Position numbers and translations under genes: made by a program. DNA of 64,000 nt from Sphyrna mokarran (Eukaryota). Of the stretch, positions 27,380 through 38,010 are shown one piece after another. Below the pieces are notes generated by a model. That model saw only the letters and a list, made by a program, of their open reading frames with translations. It did no database searches and was not told the origin of the DNA. Each line of letters opens with the position of its first letter. The stretch's first letter is position 1. Location: the NCBI GenBank assembly GCA_024679065.1, contig JAGIQG010000005.1:50716001-50780000 (forward strand), in the 5' to 3' direction.

Positions 27380-29181
27380 AAGGTTGTGCGATTGCTTGTT
27401 TTATGTAAGTAATAAAATATTACTTTAACATAAATATATAAGGGACTCTGCGTTGTTCTTTTATCTTCACAAGACACATTGAAATGTACCAAAAACAATC
27501 TTTTCAAGAGAAGGGGAAAATAGCATAACGGAAAAATGTACATCCCACATTGAACATCTAATCAATAAAGCTACAGAAGAAACAGTTTCCAGAACTTCTT
27601 TTAAAGAAATAAATACATTGAGGCAGGCCACGTGAAAATGATATTAAAATTCCCTGGGCAGCATTATGGAAAAAATGTATACAAGGGAAAAAAATCATTC
27701 AGATAATGTTTTTTCTTCTTCAGTTCAAAAGACAAATATATGCAACATATATACATAGTGGTATAAGATGTGCATGGTAACCGCTCTCCATAAACCTATG
27801 AGATAAGGTTCTAACAAAGTACTCCACGTTTAACTTCATCTTACTAAACGAACAGACACAAATTTTGTTTGTGTCTCAGGGTTTCTTTTTCGCTGTACCA
27901 ACCTATCTGACCCGGTGCTTTTTTTAATTTTTTAAAATGTTTTTCTAACACTTCACTAAATTTTATTGTCTTTAGGAATCGCTATAACTGCGGTTAAATT
28001 ACAATCATATCACCACATCAAAATATCTCAAATATGTACACATCTTTTCTAGAATTTTGAATGTTTGGATATGTTCTTTGTAAGAAAGCGCAAATTACTG
28101 ACAGGTTTTACGGGGGTTGGGGGTGGGGGGGATGTCTCATTATATCCGACTGTCGCTTGTGTTTTTTATATATGTTAGACGGTGGGCTCACGGTTTAATA
28201 AGTACAATGTTTTATACTGCAATATATCTTTTTCGAAAAAAAAACTGTGGCAGAAACTATACAATTTTGACTGGATTTGTATTTATTTGTTCATTATTCT
28301 ACAGTGCTAATTTGAGGCGTTCGGATGCTAGCTAGCAGATATGTGTGCAATAGTCCTGCCGTGTAAAAAGGTATTGCATTTCTTGCCACCGGAATTAGTT
28401 ATTGGTTAAACATGGGGATGAAACTTTTAATCGGTGATCCATAGTACTTCAGAGCGCCTGATATTTATCGATTTATCATCCATTTAGTTACTTTTTGTGT
28501 GTATGTGTGTCTATGTGTGTGTATATGTGTGTGTGTGGATTGATCCCGTTTTGCTATTTCGCAGCTCCCAACTTCAAATTTTGGAGAGAGAATGGTATGG
28601 TTCGAGCTGAACCCCTCTCTGTCTGACTGATGCAGCCTATTTTCCCTTCACATACACGGCCTCTCATCTCATACAATCAACGCCCAGGAGAAATATCTCC
28701 TACTCGGTTCCGATTTAAACAAAAACAAAACAATTGCCTGGGACGGTAGCTCGTCCGGACGGCAGTGTATTGGAATTTCCTCCTTTTTTTGGCCTCCTTT
28801 TTTGCCTTTTCCTCCAACAAACAAAACGGCAGCTCGTGGCCAACACCTCCTCCTGCTTTTCTACAAAGAAAAATCCCGTTGCCCCCGCCTGACACCGTGG
28901 ATCTATACATTATCAATGATATAGCAGCCTTTCCGGTCACATTCTTTCCAGGCAGTTCTGTGTCTCTTTGCCTCAAGTTCTTTTTGTGTGTGTGTGTAAA
29001 GGTATGTATAATCAGTGCCTCTTGTTATTATTTATATACTCACTCCATTTGCCTGCGAGCTCCTTCTGTATAGGTCAAAACACATCATTAACGTGTGCTA
29101 TCGTAACGATAGTCCAGTGTTTTAAGCTGTTCGTTAAGAAAAGAACAAATAAAAGGAACAAAAAGTGAGAGAAGTGGCCAT
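27380..29181 (-). other. Probable pou3f2 3' UTR (distal end uncertain)
   Basis: Follows the stop codon; U-rich on the mRNA strand; AATAAA at 28282-28287 and 27962-27967 (minus); UTR-like TGTA/TATTTAT-rich block continues to ~27380. Confidence 0.5.
28497..28537. repeat. Imperfect (TG)n microsatellite
   Basis: TGTGTGTATGTGTGTCTATGTGTGTGTATATGTGTGTGTGTG. Confidence 0.9.
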
Positions 29182-30321
29182 TCACTGTACAGAAGTCTGA
29201 ACCCCATGATGTGACGGCGGAGTGTCTCTGGCCCCATATACATCCTCGGCTCCTGGGTGAGCCCCTCCGGGAGGAGTCATCCGCTTCTCTTTCTGCCGTC
29301 TGTTACAAAACCAAACCCTGACCACCTCCTTCTCCAGCTGCAGACTGTCCGCCAGAGAGTTGATCTCCTGGGCCGAGGGCTTGGGACACTTCAAAAAATG
29401 GCTCTCCAAAGCCCCCTTGACGCTGACCTCGATGGAGGTCCTCTTTTTCCTCTTCCTGCCTTGGGCAGCAATCTTGTCTATGCTGGTGGGGCTTCCAGAG
29501 GAAGAGTCTGCCTCCTCCAGCCACTTGTTCAACAAGGGTTTGAGTTTGCACATGTTTTTAAAACTGAGCTGCAGCGCTTCGAACCTGCAGATGGTGGTCT
29601 GAGAGAAGACATTGCCGTACAGCGTCCCGAGAGCTAGTCCCACATCGGCCTGGGTAAATCCGAGCTTGATCCTCCTCTGCTTGAACTGCTTGGCGAACTG
29701 CTCCAAGTCGTCCGAGGTGGGGGTGTCCTCGTCCGAGTGTTCGTGCCCCTGGTGCTGGTGGTGATGGTGCGCCTGGTGCTGTTGGTGGTGCTGAGCGTGC
29801 TCCCCGTGGTGCTCTTCGTGAGCCTCCCTGAGGCCGTGGTGCATGCCCTGGGTGCCTGCCGGGTTGATCATTCCGTTGACGGTGAAGCCGGGCTGCGAGT
29901 AGATGAGGCTCTGGCCGTTGGACGGCATGCTGGGGATGTGGGCGGACGTGCTGTTGCCCCATGCCCCGTGGTGGTTGCCGTGCTGGTGGACCATGTGAGG
30001 GGGCCGGTGGTGCAGGGTGCCCCCGGTGTGGAGGTCCTCCCTGCCCGACTGCACCGAGGGCTTGATGTCCTGCTGGCCGAGGGGACTGGCCGGCACGCCG
30101 GCCGACCAGGGGGAGCCCTCGGCGTGAGAGAGAGCCGTTAACCATTGGTGAGCGTGGCTGAGAGGGTGTCCATTGCTTTGCATGTAGTCATTCTGGACCA
30201 GTTTCTGTGCATCCCTGTAGGCTGTCCCTTGTTGCATGCTCCCTGGCTCTGCGTGCACGATGGAGTTGGAGGTGAGGATGTTGCCGCTCGTAATGTAATG
30301 ATTAGATGCTGTGGTCGCCAT
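29182..30321 (-). CDS. pou3f2: POU domain class 3 transcription factor 2 (Brn-2/N-Oct-3), intronless, 379 aa
   Basis: POU-specific domain ([30 protein letters not shown]...), class III linker [16 protein letters not shown], homeodomain ([10 protein letters not shown]...[15 protein letters not shown]). [22 protein letters not shown] and C-terminal [26 protein letters not shown] identify POU3F2 rather than POU3F1/3/4; start context GTCATGG. Confidence 0.96.
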   Translation of the reverse strand: MATTASNHYITSGNILTSNSIVHAEPGSMQQGTAYRDAQKLVQNDYMQSNGHPLSHAHQWLTALSHAEGSPWSAGVPASPLGQQDIKPSVQSGREDLHTGGTLHHRPPHMVHQHGNHHGAWGNSTSAHIPSMPSNGQSLIYSQPGFTVNGMINPAGTQGMHHGLREAHEEHHGEHAQHHQQHQAHHHHQHQGHEHSDEDTPTSDDLEQFAKQFKQRRIKLGFTQADVGLALGTLYGNVFSQTTICRFEALQLSFKNMCKLKPLLNKWLEEADSSSGSPTSIDKIAAQGRKRKKRTSIEVSVKGALESHFLKCPKPSAQEINSLADSLQLEKEVVRVWFCNRRQKEKRMTPPGGAHPGAEDVYGARDTPPSHHGVQTSVQ

Positions 30322-30545
30322 GACTCGCTAAGCCGGAGTGATCTGACTTGTTAAACGAGGCGAGCCTTTGACAACTTGCACCGGGCTCGTCTCATTTGCA
30401 GCACCCGGAGCTGGGAAAGCCGACGCTGTGTGCACACCGGCCCCGGACTCCCATTGGCTGCCCTCCTCTTGATTGATGCCAGCATCCATGGCAACCCTGG
30501 CCGGGGAACAGCATCCCAGGCCCCTGATTGGCTGCCTGGGCTTGG
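30322..30545 (-). promoter_or_regulatory. pou3f2 5' UTR / proximal promoter
   Basis: Two NF-Y-type CAGCCAAT boxes on minus (~30453-30460, ~30526-30533), RFX X-box-like GTTGCCATGGATGC (30482-30495), GC/CpG-rich, no obvious TATA box. Confidence 0.7.
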
Positions 30546-30700
30546 TGTGTGTGTATGTGTGTGTGTGTGTGTGTGTGTTGGGGAGGGGGGGATTTCTTTC
30601 ATTGCTCTCTCTCTCTCTGGAGCCATGCAAGCAGGGCAACCACGCGGAAGGGGAAAAGGGAGAGAGAGAGAGAGAGAGGAAGAGAGCAGAGAGAGAGAAA
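30545..30700. repeat. (TG)n, (CT)n and (GA)n microsatellite cluster
   Basis: TG run ~30545-30578, CT run ~30605-30618, GA run ~30660-30698. Confidence 0.9.
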
Positions 30701-32474
30701 GCTCCTTCCAAAACAAAAGCAGCAAAAAAAGTGAACAGCCCTATAGCTCCAGAGGCAATCCCTCCCCACCCAAAGACAACAGGCCGGGTGATTATTTTGG
30801 AAGCAAGCAGGCGGAACCAGCAGAAAGTGCAAGTTTATTTATTTTTTTTAAATAAAAAGCCCCTGGAAGCATGAACAAACAGCCAGGGAAAGCTGCCAAA
30901 CACCTCAAGACTCAATATCCCCTCCCCTTCCCTCTTTCACAGTGACTCTGCTGGCTTCAAAGAGAAATAAACATGTTTACAAGTGACCCAACTTTCCAGA
31001 ACGCATTTCCTGCACCTCATTGTGTATAAGTTTAAAAGAAAAACAACAGCCCCTCCACGGAATTTTATTTTATTTATTTTGGTAAAAAGCTATTTTTTAG
31101 GCTTCAATCCCGCGAGTTTCGCCGGATTGATTTCACTGTCGGGCACTTGTTATTTTCTTTTATAAAAGATGTTTGAGAACTTTTACAGCCGCTAAATGAG
31201 CAGCTGGATTTGGAGATTTCAACAGCTGGAAGGACTTTCACCAAGTGAAGTCCAACCCCCTGCACCACCCAGTTCGTTATACTGAGCAGAAGCATTATCT
31301 TTGAAATGTTACAACTGAGTGGGAAGGGTGTATTTATTCTCCATCCCAGTCCGTATTTGTTCAGTAGTGAGGGAGGGGGCTCCCAGCCCCCTTCCCTTGG
31401 CTCTGGGGCTCTCTCTATCTCTCTATGCGGCGAGAGAGTCCTGAGAACTGCCGCCGGTTGCAGCGTCTATTCCTCCGAAGTTTGGCGTTCCCGGAAAGGC
31501 TGGCGATTCCTCCATCCCGCCTCGGTCAGGGGCACTGCTCCCCTCCCTCGGAGGACTTCCCGAAACAGGGTTGAGGGTTCTCAGTCTAATGCAGAGCCCG
31601 GCTGCGTGTACTTTAATCGCAACCCCGAGTGCAAAGCAGCCCGCTCGCTCCCCGTCCGATGCGATCTGCTCTACCGCTGTCTGCGAAATACAGATGCGGC
31701 CGGATCGCAACCCCGATTCCAGCAGCCCCTGACATGGCTTTGTGGATTGCAGAATCCAGCACGGTTCAAACTGAAATGCAAGCCCAACTTCCCCCAGTTG
31801 TAAATGTGAGCGGAGCGCTCTCCCTGGCCTCCGCTCTGATACCATGTCTGAGTCCATTCGGTCAACACTGACACTGCAACTGGGAATTGGTTCAGTCCCG
31901 CGGACCAGTCTCTTGCCCAACCACAGACTAACAGTTGTACTTCCAATTGTAACGTGGGGCACTTCCCATTTCCGGTGCAATCTGCTTTGCAAATGACACT
32001 CTGTCGCTGTCAGACTTTTTTTTTTGCAATGTAATGAGAGACAGTGATAGCGAAACCGAGTCTCAGACTGAATTGGGGAGCCGAGGGCGCCTTTGTGTTG
32101 CTAAATCCAGCTCCTCTTTCTGGTTAACATGACACTCCACCTTCTGGTGGCAACATTCGACCAAAGGCCAAAGAGAAGCGACCAGACAGACACTCTTAGG
32201 GGTGGGGGAGTGGAACTCGGACACGGTTTCACACCTACATCTAAAAGCTCAGTGCCTCCCTCCCGGACGCTGTCGGAAGGTAATTGGAAAGTTTGGAGAG
32301 TGGCGGGTCCCTCTCCTGCCATTGAAACGTTACCCACAGTGAGAGAGACATTGTGCAGCTGGGCACCAAGCTCCCTCCTTTACAGAGTGCTGCAAGAGCT
32401 GGCAATCTCACAGCAGCCACACTCTGAGTCGGGGCTGCATAATATTGTAAACTGAGACTAGACTAAAGGTAGCA

Positions 32475-32615
32475 AAGCAAAATGCTGCAGTTGCAGGAAC
32501 TCTGAAATAAGGACAGTGAATGCTGGAATGACTCAGCGGGTCTGGCAATTTCTGGCGGGGGGGGGAGGGGGAGAGAAACAGAATTAACGTTTCAGCTGGA
32601 TGATTTTTCTAAAGT
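32475..32615 (-). repeat. Penelope-like end relic
   Basis: AAAATGCTGCAGTTGCAGGAACTCTGAAATAAGGACAGTGAATGCTGGAATGACTCAGCGGGTCTGGCAA...GAATTAACGTTTCAG. Confidence 0.6.
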
Positions 32616-34419
32616 CTGGACTGAAGGTGCATTGATGATATAACCTCAGTGTCGCGGGGAAAGGTTGGCTGCGGAGTTAAAATTGTAACATAGCACTTGA
32701 TCGGGCAGCGCACTTAAAGCCCAACAGTGTGGGAACCTTGGAGGAGGTGCTTCTACACTGCTGGAGTTTGACACTATGGAATTGCACAAGATCTCAGCCT
32801 GGAACTCCCTTTAACCTACCGGGAGTTGATTGAAACGTGGAGCAAGTGCAGATGCACGTCCTCTGAAAGCAGTGGGAGTTTATTTGCCGGTAGATGGATG
32901 TTGTCCATGTGTGTAACCATTGCATGTGCCAACCCTCCCCACCCCCGCACCGCCCGACTTCCCCGCTGGCCGGTACCTGCCTGAAACTGATAGTCACTAT
33001 ATGGATGTAGAATAATTGAAATTAATCCGGCACGTAACGAAAAGGGACTGCGGGAAGCATGCATCAGCTTGATAAGCAACTGGGAAGAGAAACGTTTGTT
33101 AGTACTCTTGGTAAGTGGTGGAAAGCTGGAACATCAATCACGTACCTTCCCCCTTCACTCCATATCTCCAATATTAGTTTCTGCACCGGATTATATTGGA
33201 AGTTCTGTTTGTTTTGAACCTGCCTCAGAGAAGGGCTCTGTCACCCTTTCAGTGATGCAAAGCAGCTTTCGATCAGCAGGTCCAGAAGAGGCGTGAGTAT
33301 CATTTGAGAGTCAGGTTGGTCTCTCTGAAGCTGGACCTGTTCAGAGCACCGGCCACCTTACAGTTACTCGGCTTTCGCGGGCGTTTTTGTCACCATTTCC
33401 AAGCAGTCTGCTTGAATACCTGGGAACTTACTAAACACGATGTGGGATCTTTTTAATGTTGAGTGGTCAGATGGCGCTTCTATTTGCCTTTTTCTAACAT
33501 AAAGAATTAGCTGCCTGCAGAGCAGAGTTCTGTACGTGTGTCCGGGCGTGTGTGTGTATATGTATACATATCTATATATGTGCAGCCTTTGTTGCTGAAC
33601 TCAGTGTGTGGTGCAGCCGGCACCAGAACTAGGGACTGCAGCTGTGGATCACACCACACAGATAATGATCTGAGTGTAAAGGCTGTAATATAATAGCATC
33701 CCAATTCTGATTGTGAATCTGAGAGCGAGTCTGAGACCAGGGCTTAGTGTGAAATTGAAGCCAGGATTTACTCATAGTCCCGCTGGAAACTGAGGCTGTT
33801 CATGTGTTGGATACTGTACCTGTGTCTGGTACAGTTATTCAATCTGGAACTTTAATCTGGAGCCTATCTGATTATTTGTTAGAGAATGATTTACTGCTCT
33901 GCATGTTAATCCGGAAACGCTCAATATTGGGCACAGTCCCATTTGTCTAAAAAAAACCTCTCGACAAACTGAAAGCTGAGACAATTGGCGATGGAAAAAA
34001 TACTTCGAGATCTTTGCATTTACGAGAAAACTGAGTAACTCCCTCGATGGCACAGGCCGGGCTGGGTTCATTTGCAGAATTGGTTTAAAACCCAGATTGG
34101 AAAATGAATGGTCTCTAATATTCTCAGACTGTCACCCACAGGAACATCTAGGGGGGAAGAGCTTCTGAAAAATGACTTTCCCTCATGCGAGCCGATATCT
34201 TTCCCATTCGGGAAGTGTTGCACTCGCTGATGAACGATCTAGAAGAGAACTTAAAATGCAAACTATTTCCTCCAACAGGAGGATAGCTCGCAAACTTCAG
34301 GACTGAATGGTGAACTGCAGAACACGAGGAGAATTCCCAACTGCAGATTTAATCTGTGATGGGGAAGTATGCGCACGGCTTTAGGAGATTCTCGTACAAC
34401 GCGATGCAGTCAACTTTAT

Positions 34420-34735
34420 TACGAACAAGGAGCAAGAGTGTAGGCCATTCAGCTTTCTACTCACAGCTGCATTGCGTCTACCCCGCTAACCCTTTACCCT
34501 CTTGCTTACCAATAACTATCCATTTCTCCTTAAAATATTCAAACACTCTGCTGCCTCCACCTTTCCAAAAAGGGAGTTCCAGAGACTCAAGGTTCCCTGA
34601 GTATAAAAATTTTGCCTCCTCTCCATTTCAAATGAGTGATCCTTTGTTTTTGAACAGTGATGCCAAGTTTTAGATTCTCCCACAAGAGGAAACATCCTCT
34701 GCTCATCTATGTTGTCAATATCCCTTAGCATTGCA
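34420..34735 (-). mobile_element. CR1 3' fragment
   Basis: Minus ORF MLRDIDNIDEQRMFPLVGESKT...RRQNFYTQ..SLWNSL; tail GAACAAGGAGCAAGAGTGTAGGCCATTCAGC on plus. Confidence 0.85.
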
Positions 34736-34867
34736 GTGAGAGTGGGTTTTCCGTGATGAAGGCAATTGGATATAAAAGAAGAAAAAAAATGTACTGATTG
34801 TTATGTTGCTTACAGATTGAGAATATGATTTTAAATGGTTCCTTAACTTCATTCCAAAGTATTGATC

Positions 34868-35155
34868 CAAAGTTTCAAAGTTTATTTATTACAGTCACAA
34901 GTAGGCTTACATTAACATTGCAACGGAGTTACTGTGAAAATCTCCTAGTCACCACACTCCAGTGCCTGTTTGGATATACTGGGAGAGAATTTAGTATGGC
35001 CAATGCACTCAATATGTACATATGTGGGAGGAAAGTGGAGCATCCAGAGGAAACCCACACAGACATGGGGAGAATGTGCAGATTCCATTCAGACAGTGAC
35101 TCAAGCTGGGAATCAAACCCAGGTTGTGAGGAGCAGTGCTAACCACTATGCCACC
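34868..35155 (-). mobile_element. V-SINE (HE1-related), tail type B
   Basis: Minus: GGTGGCATAGTGGTTAGCACTGC, GGGTTTGATTCCC, CATTGGCCATACTAAATT, tail TGTAAGCCTACTTGTGACTGTAATAAATAAACTTTGAAACTTTG. Confidence 0.85.
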
Positions 35156-36489
35156 CAAACAACACCATTGCAAAGATCTGCAAACAATAATCCCTGAACA
35201 TTCAGTTCACTTTTAGTGAATTGTTCCAAAGTTTCAGTTGAAATATATATATTGTGATGAAGAATGTCAGTTTGTGTTTGCTCAGTGTGGCCAATTAGGT
35301 GGACACCTTATTCTCATATCCATCTGCACTTGTTGCTACTCAATGTGATAGAGACAAACGGCCATTGGAATATGACAATCATGCTAACATTGATGTTCAA
35401 CTTGAATGTGAGGGCCCACACAACCCAGTATTTTTAATAAATTCCTGCATGTCAGATACCCATCAATATATTGAAGGTGAGCCAAAATGAGTTATTGAGA
35501 AATCCATATACACCTATAGACTTTCTGCTTGCCCATTACAGAGTGCTGCCATACTCGAATCCAGAGACTTTAAGAGTAGGTGGGCTCAGCCAAGGCTCAA
35601 GGATCACCAGAGTAGATCACTGATAACCTGCTTGTCCCGTTAGGGCCAACTTTTTCATTAAAGATATGAGTTGCAGGATGATTTGATGATGAGTAGGAAT
35701 AAAAACAGAGCCCAAAGACAGTTCTCTTCCTTGAGGTTCTATTCATTATCAGCAGTGCTTTGAATACCAGTCAGTATTCTTACTTGCATATTACTAAATC
35801 TAGGAGCATGTACTTGATTCTAGAATTTCAAAATCAGGCCTGTCATCTTCGAGACATCTCAATACTCAAGACCTCCTTATTCTCTGAAGTGCATAACAAT
35901 AAACTAGACTTTAGTCAGTTGACATCCATGGATTAAAGTCTCTGTAAGGTACATAGGATATTTGGGAGCTTCTTTTAGGCAACAAAGAGAGCAGCACAAT
36001 TCATATAAAAAGTGAAGACATTTCACTGTCCTTGCAGTTACATCATTGATGCACTGTCTTGGGATCCCAACTTAAATATGAAACAAGCTCCTTTTTCACG
36101 GTATGTCGAGTGGAATTGAGATTATTGCTCCTGTTGACACAAACCAAATATTTCCACCAAATTAAATCAACAGAAAAGGATGGACTGATTGGATCAAGAT
36201 TCAAATGGCACAGGAACTCCAAAAATGACATGCATGGCATGGAGAAGTTGCAATATGTTATCAAAACATGGAAATTGTGAATTGATCTCAAATCTGTGTA
36301 ACCGCAGGCAGAGTTAGCAGTGATGAAGATGATGACAGCAGTAAGCCACCAATTGTTTTTTCTGCTGACAACAAGGAGATTTTATTACCCATGGATTCTT
36401 TTAGAGTGCAATACCAAGAAGCAGAGATCACATTGGAAAGTATAAGCAAATGCTCACATCAATAGTACAAAGAATAATAAGATCCGACA

Positions 36490-36830
36490 GAGGAGATTTA
36501 CCAGAACAATTCCAGGGATGAACTTGAGATTTGGAGATTGAAAGGAAAGGGATTAGAGGTATACAAGATTATGACAAGGAAAATGTATTCCCACTAGCTG
36601 ATTGTGCAATGAGTAGATTATACTGATTAATAAATACTGGGAATGTGAGGAAATACTTTCTGAGAAAGCGAGGTGTATTAACTCGAAACTCACTGCCCAA
36701 GACAGCGGTGCATATGGCAACATTCAATAAAGGAAAAACCTTGAGGGGCTAAAGAGACCAAGTTGCAACCTGACTTTGCTCTTTTGGAAGCCAAAGGACT
36801 TGATGAGCTGAATGATCTCCCATGCTGCAA
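36490..36830 (+). mobile_element. Very decayed CR1 3' fragment
   Basis: GAGGAGATTTACCAGAACAATTCCAGGGATG, GAGGTATACAAGATTATGA, and tail-like TGATGAGCTGAATGATCTCC. Confidence 0.55.
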
Positions 36831-36879
36831 ATGGAGGTAGGAGGGACAGGATGAATGTGCCAGAGAGGTACTGCTACAA

Positions 36880-37172
36880 AATCTGAATCACAAAAGGGGT
36901 GTTTGCACCTCAGTTTGTCCATGAATTTGAGATTAAAACTGAGTCTGATAGTGACTCTAGGAGTGATTCTCAATCTGATGGTGAGTTTTGGGCATGAATT
37001 TGATTCCTATAGTGAATCTGTGACTGAGACTGAATCTGAGAATGATAATGAGCCCTATGGAGAGTCCTGAGAGTGAATCTGAGTATGTTAGTGAGACAGC
37101 TGTGAATCTGATTCCTATAATGAATCTGTGTCCGAGAGTGAGTCTGAGAATGATAATGAGACTGATGATGAG
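36880..37172. repeat. GAGAGT/GAATCT/GAGTCT minisatellite, segment 1 (degenerate)
   Basis: Recurrent hexamers, e.g. GAGAGTGAATCTGAG, GAGTCTGATAGTGA. Confidence 0.8.
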
Positions 37173-37430
37173 TCACAGTGCCAGGGATCTGGGTTCAATT
37201 CCAGCCCAGGATGACTGGCTGTGTGGAGTTTACATATTTTCCCTGTGTTAGCATGGGTTTCCTCCTACAGTCCAAAGATGTGTAGGTTAGGTGTATTAGT
37301 GATGCAAAATGTGTGAGCTTACAGGGACAGAGTGGGGGAAAGACCTGGGTAAGTACTCTGTCAGGGAGAATCAGTGCAGACTCAATGGGCCGAATGGCCT
37401 CCTTCTGTAGAGATTTGATAATTGGATTCT
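37173..37430 (+). mobile_element. HE1 V-SINE, 5'-truncated
   Basis: TCACAGTGCCAGGGATCTGGGTTCAATTCC...GTCCAAAGATGTGTAGGTTAGG...GACTCAATGGGCCGAATGGCCTCCTTCTG. Confidence 0.85.
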
Positions 37431-37490
37431 ACGTATACTGCTGTCACGCCTGGGAACCAAGGACAGTCCCTTCAACATTGATGTGTTTTA

Positions 37491-37857
37491 GGGGGCGGCA
37501 CAGTGGCAAAGTGGTTAGTACTACTGCTTCACAGGACCAGGAACCTGGGTTTAAGACCGACCTTGGGTGACTGCCTATGGTGTGGAGTTTTTGTGGTCTT
37601 TCTGCATCATTGTGGGTTTCCTCTGGTTGCTCTGCTTTTCACCCTCAGTTGAAAGTTGTGCAGGTTAGGTGGATTGGCTGTGCTAAATTACCCTTAATGT
37701 CCAAAGATGGGTACGTTAGGTGGAATTGTCATGGTAAATGCGCATAGTTACAGGGATAGAACAGAGAAAAAGGTCTGATGCTTTTTCAGAGGGTCGTTGC
37801 AGACTTAGATGGGTTGAATGACCTCTTTTTGCACTGTAAGGATTCTATGGTTCTATG
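37491..37857 (+). mobile_element. HE1 V-SINE, near full length
   Basis: GGGGCGGCACAGTGGCAAAGTGGTTAG head, duplicated GTTAGGTGGA core, tail GCACTGTAAGGATTCTATGGTTCTATGG. Confidence 0.85.
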
Positions 37858-38010
37858 GAGTCTGAGGCAATCTGAATCTTACAGTGAATCTCAGTTTGAA
37901 AGTTAGTCTGAGCCTTCAAGTGCATCTGAGTGTGAGTGTGATTCTGAGTCTGATAGTGAGTCTGACAGTGTGTCTGAGAAAAAATTTGAAAGTCATTTTG
38001 AGTGTTTTTA
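37858..38010. repeat. GAGAGT/GAATCT minisatellite, segment 2
   Basis: AGTGAATCTCAGTTTG...GATTCTGAGTCTGATAGTGAGTCTGACAGTG. Confidence 0.8.

Larger units (their letters stand above)
15900..34400. promoter_or_regulatory. CpG-retaining, TE-poor domain around pou3f2 (probable hypomethylated valley)
   Basis: CG dinucleotides are frequent even in AT-rich sequence here but rare in 1-15.7 kb and 34.5-51.5 kb; no recognisable TE from ~21.6 to ~32.4 kb; edges judged by eye. Confidence 0.7.

Noticed and set aside
1-29000. Exons of fbxl4, the downstream neighbour in mammals
   Set aside because: No F-box/LRR-like exon recognised; probably outside the window
29257-30354. Alternative-frame (29558-30145) and antisense ORFs overlapping pou3f2
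   Set aside because: Expected shadows of a GC-rich CDS; no independent evidence
30328-32455. ORFs of 100-190 aa upstream of pou3f2
   Set aside because: Arise from microsatellites and high GC content; no homology or coding signature
37491-37570. tRNA gene
   Set aside because: The A/B boxes belong to a SINE head; the same holds for the copies at ~5290, ~35140 and ~45020
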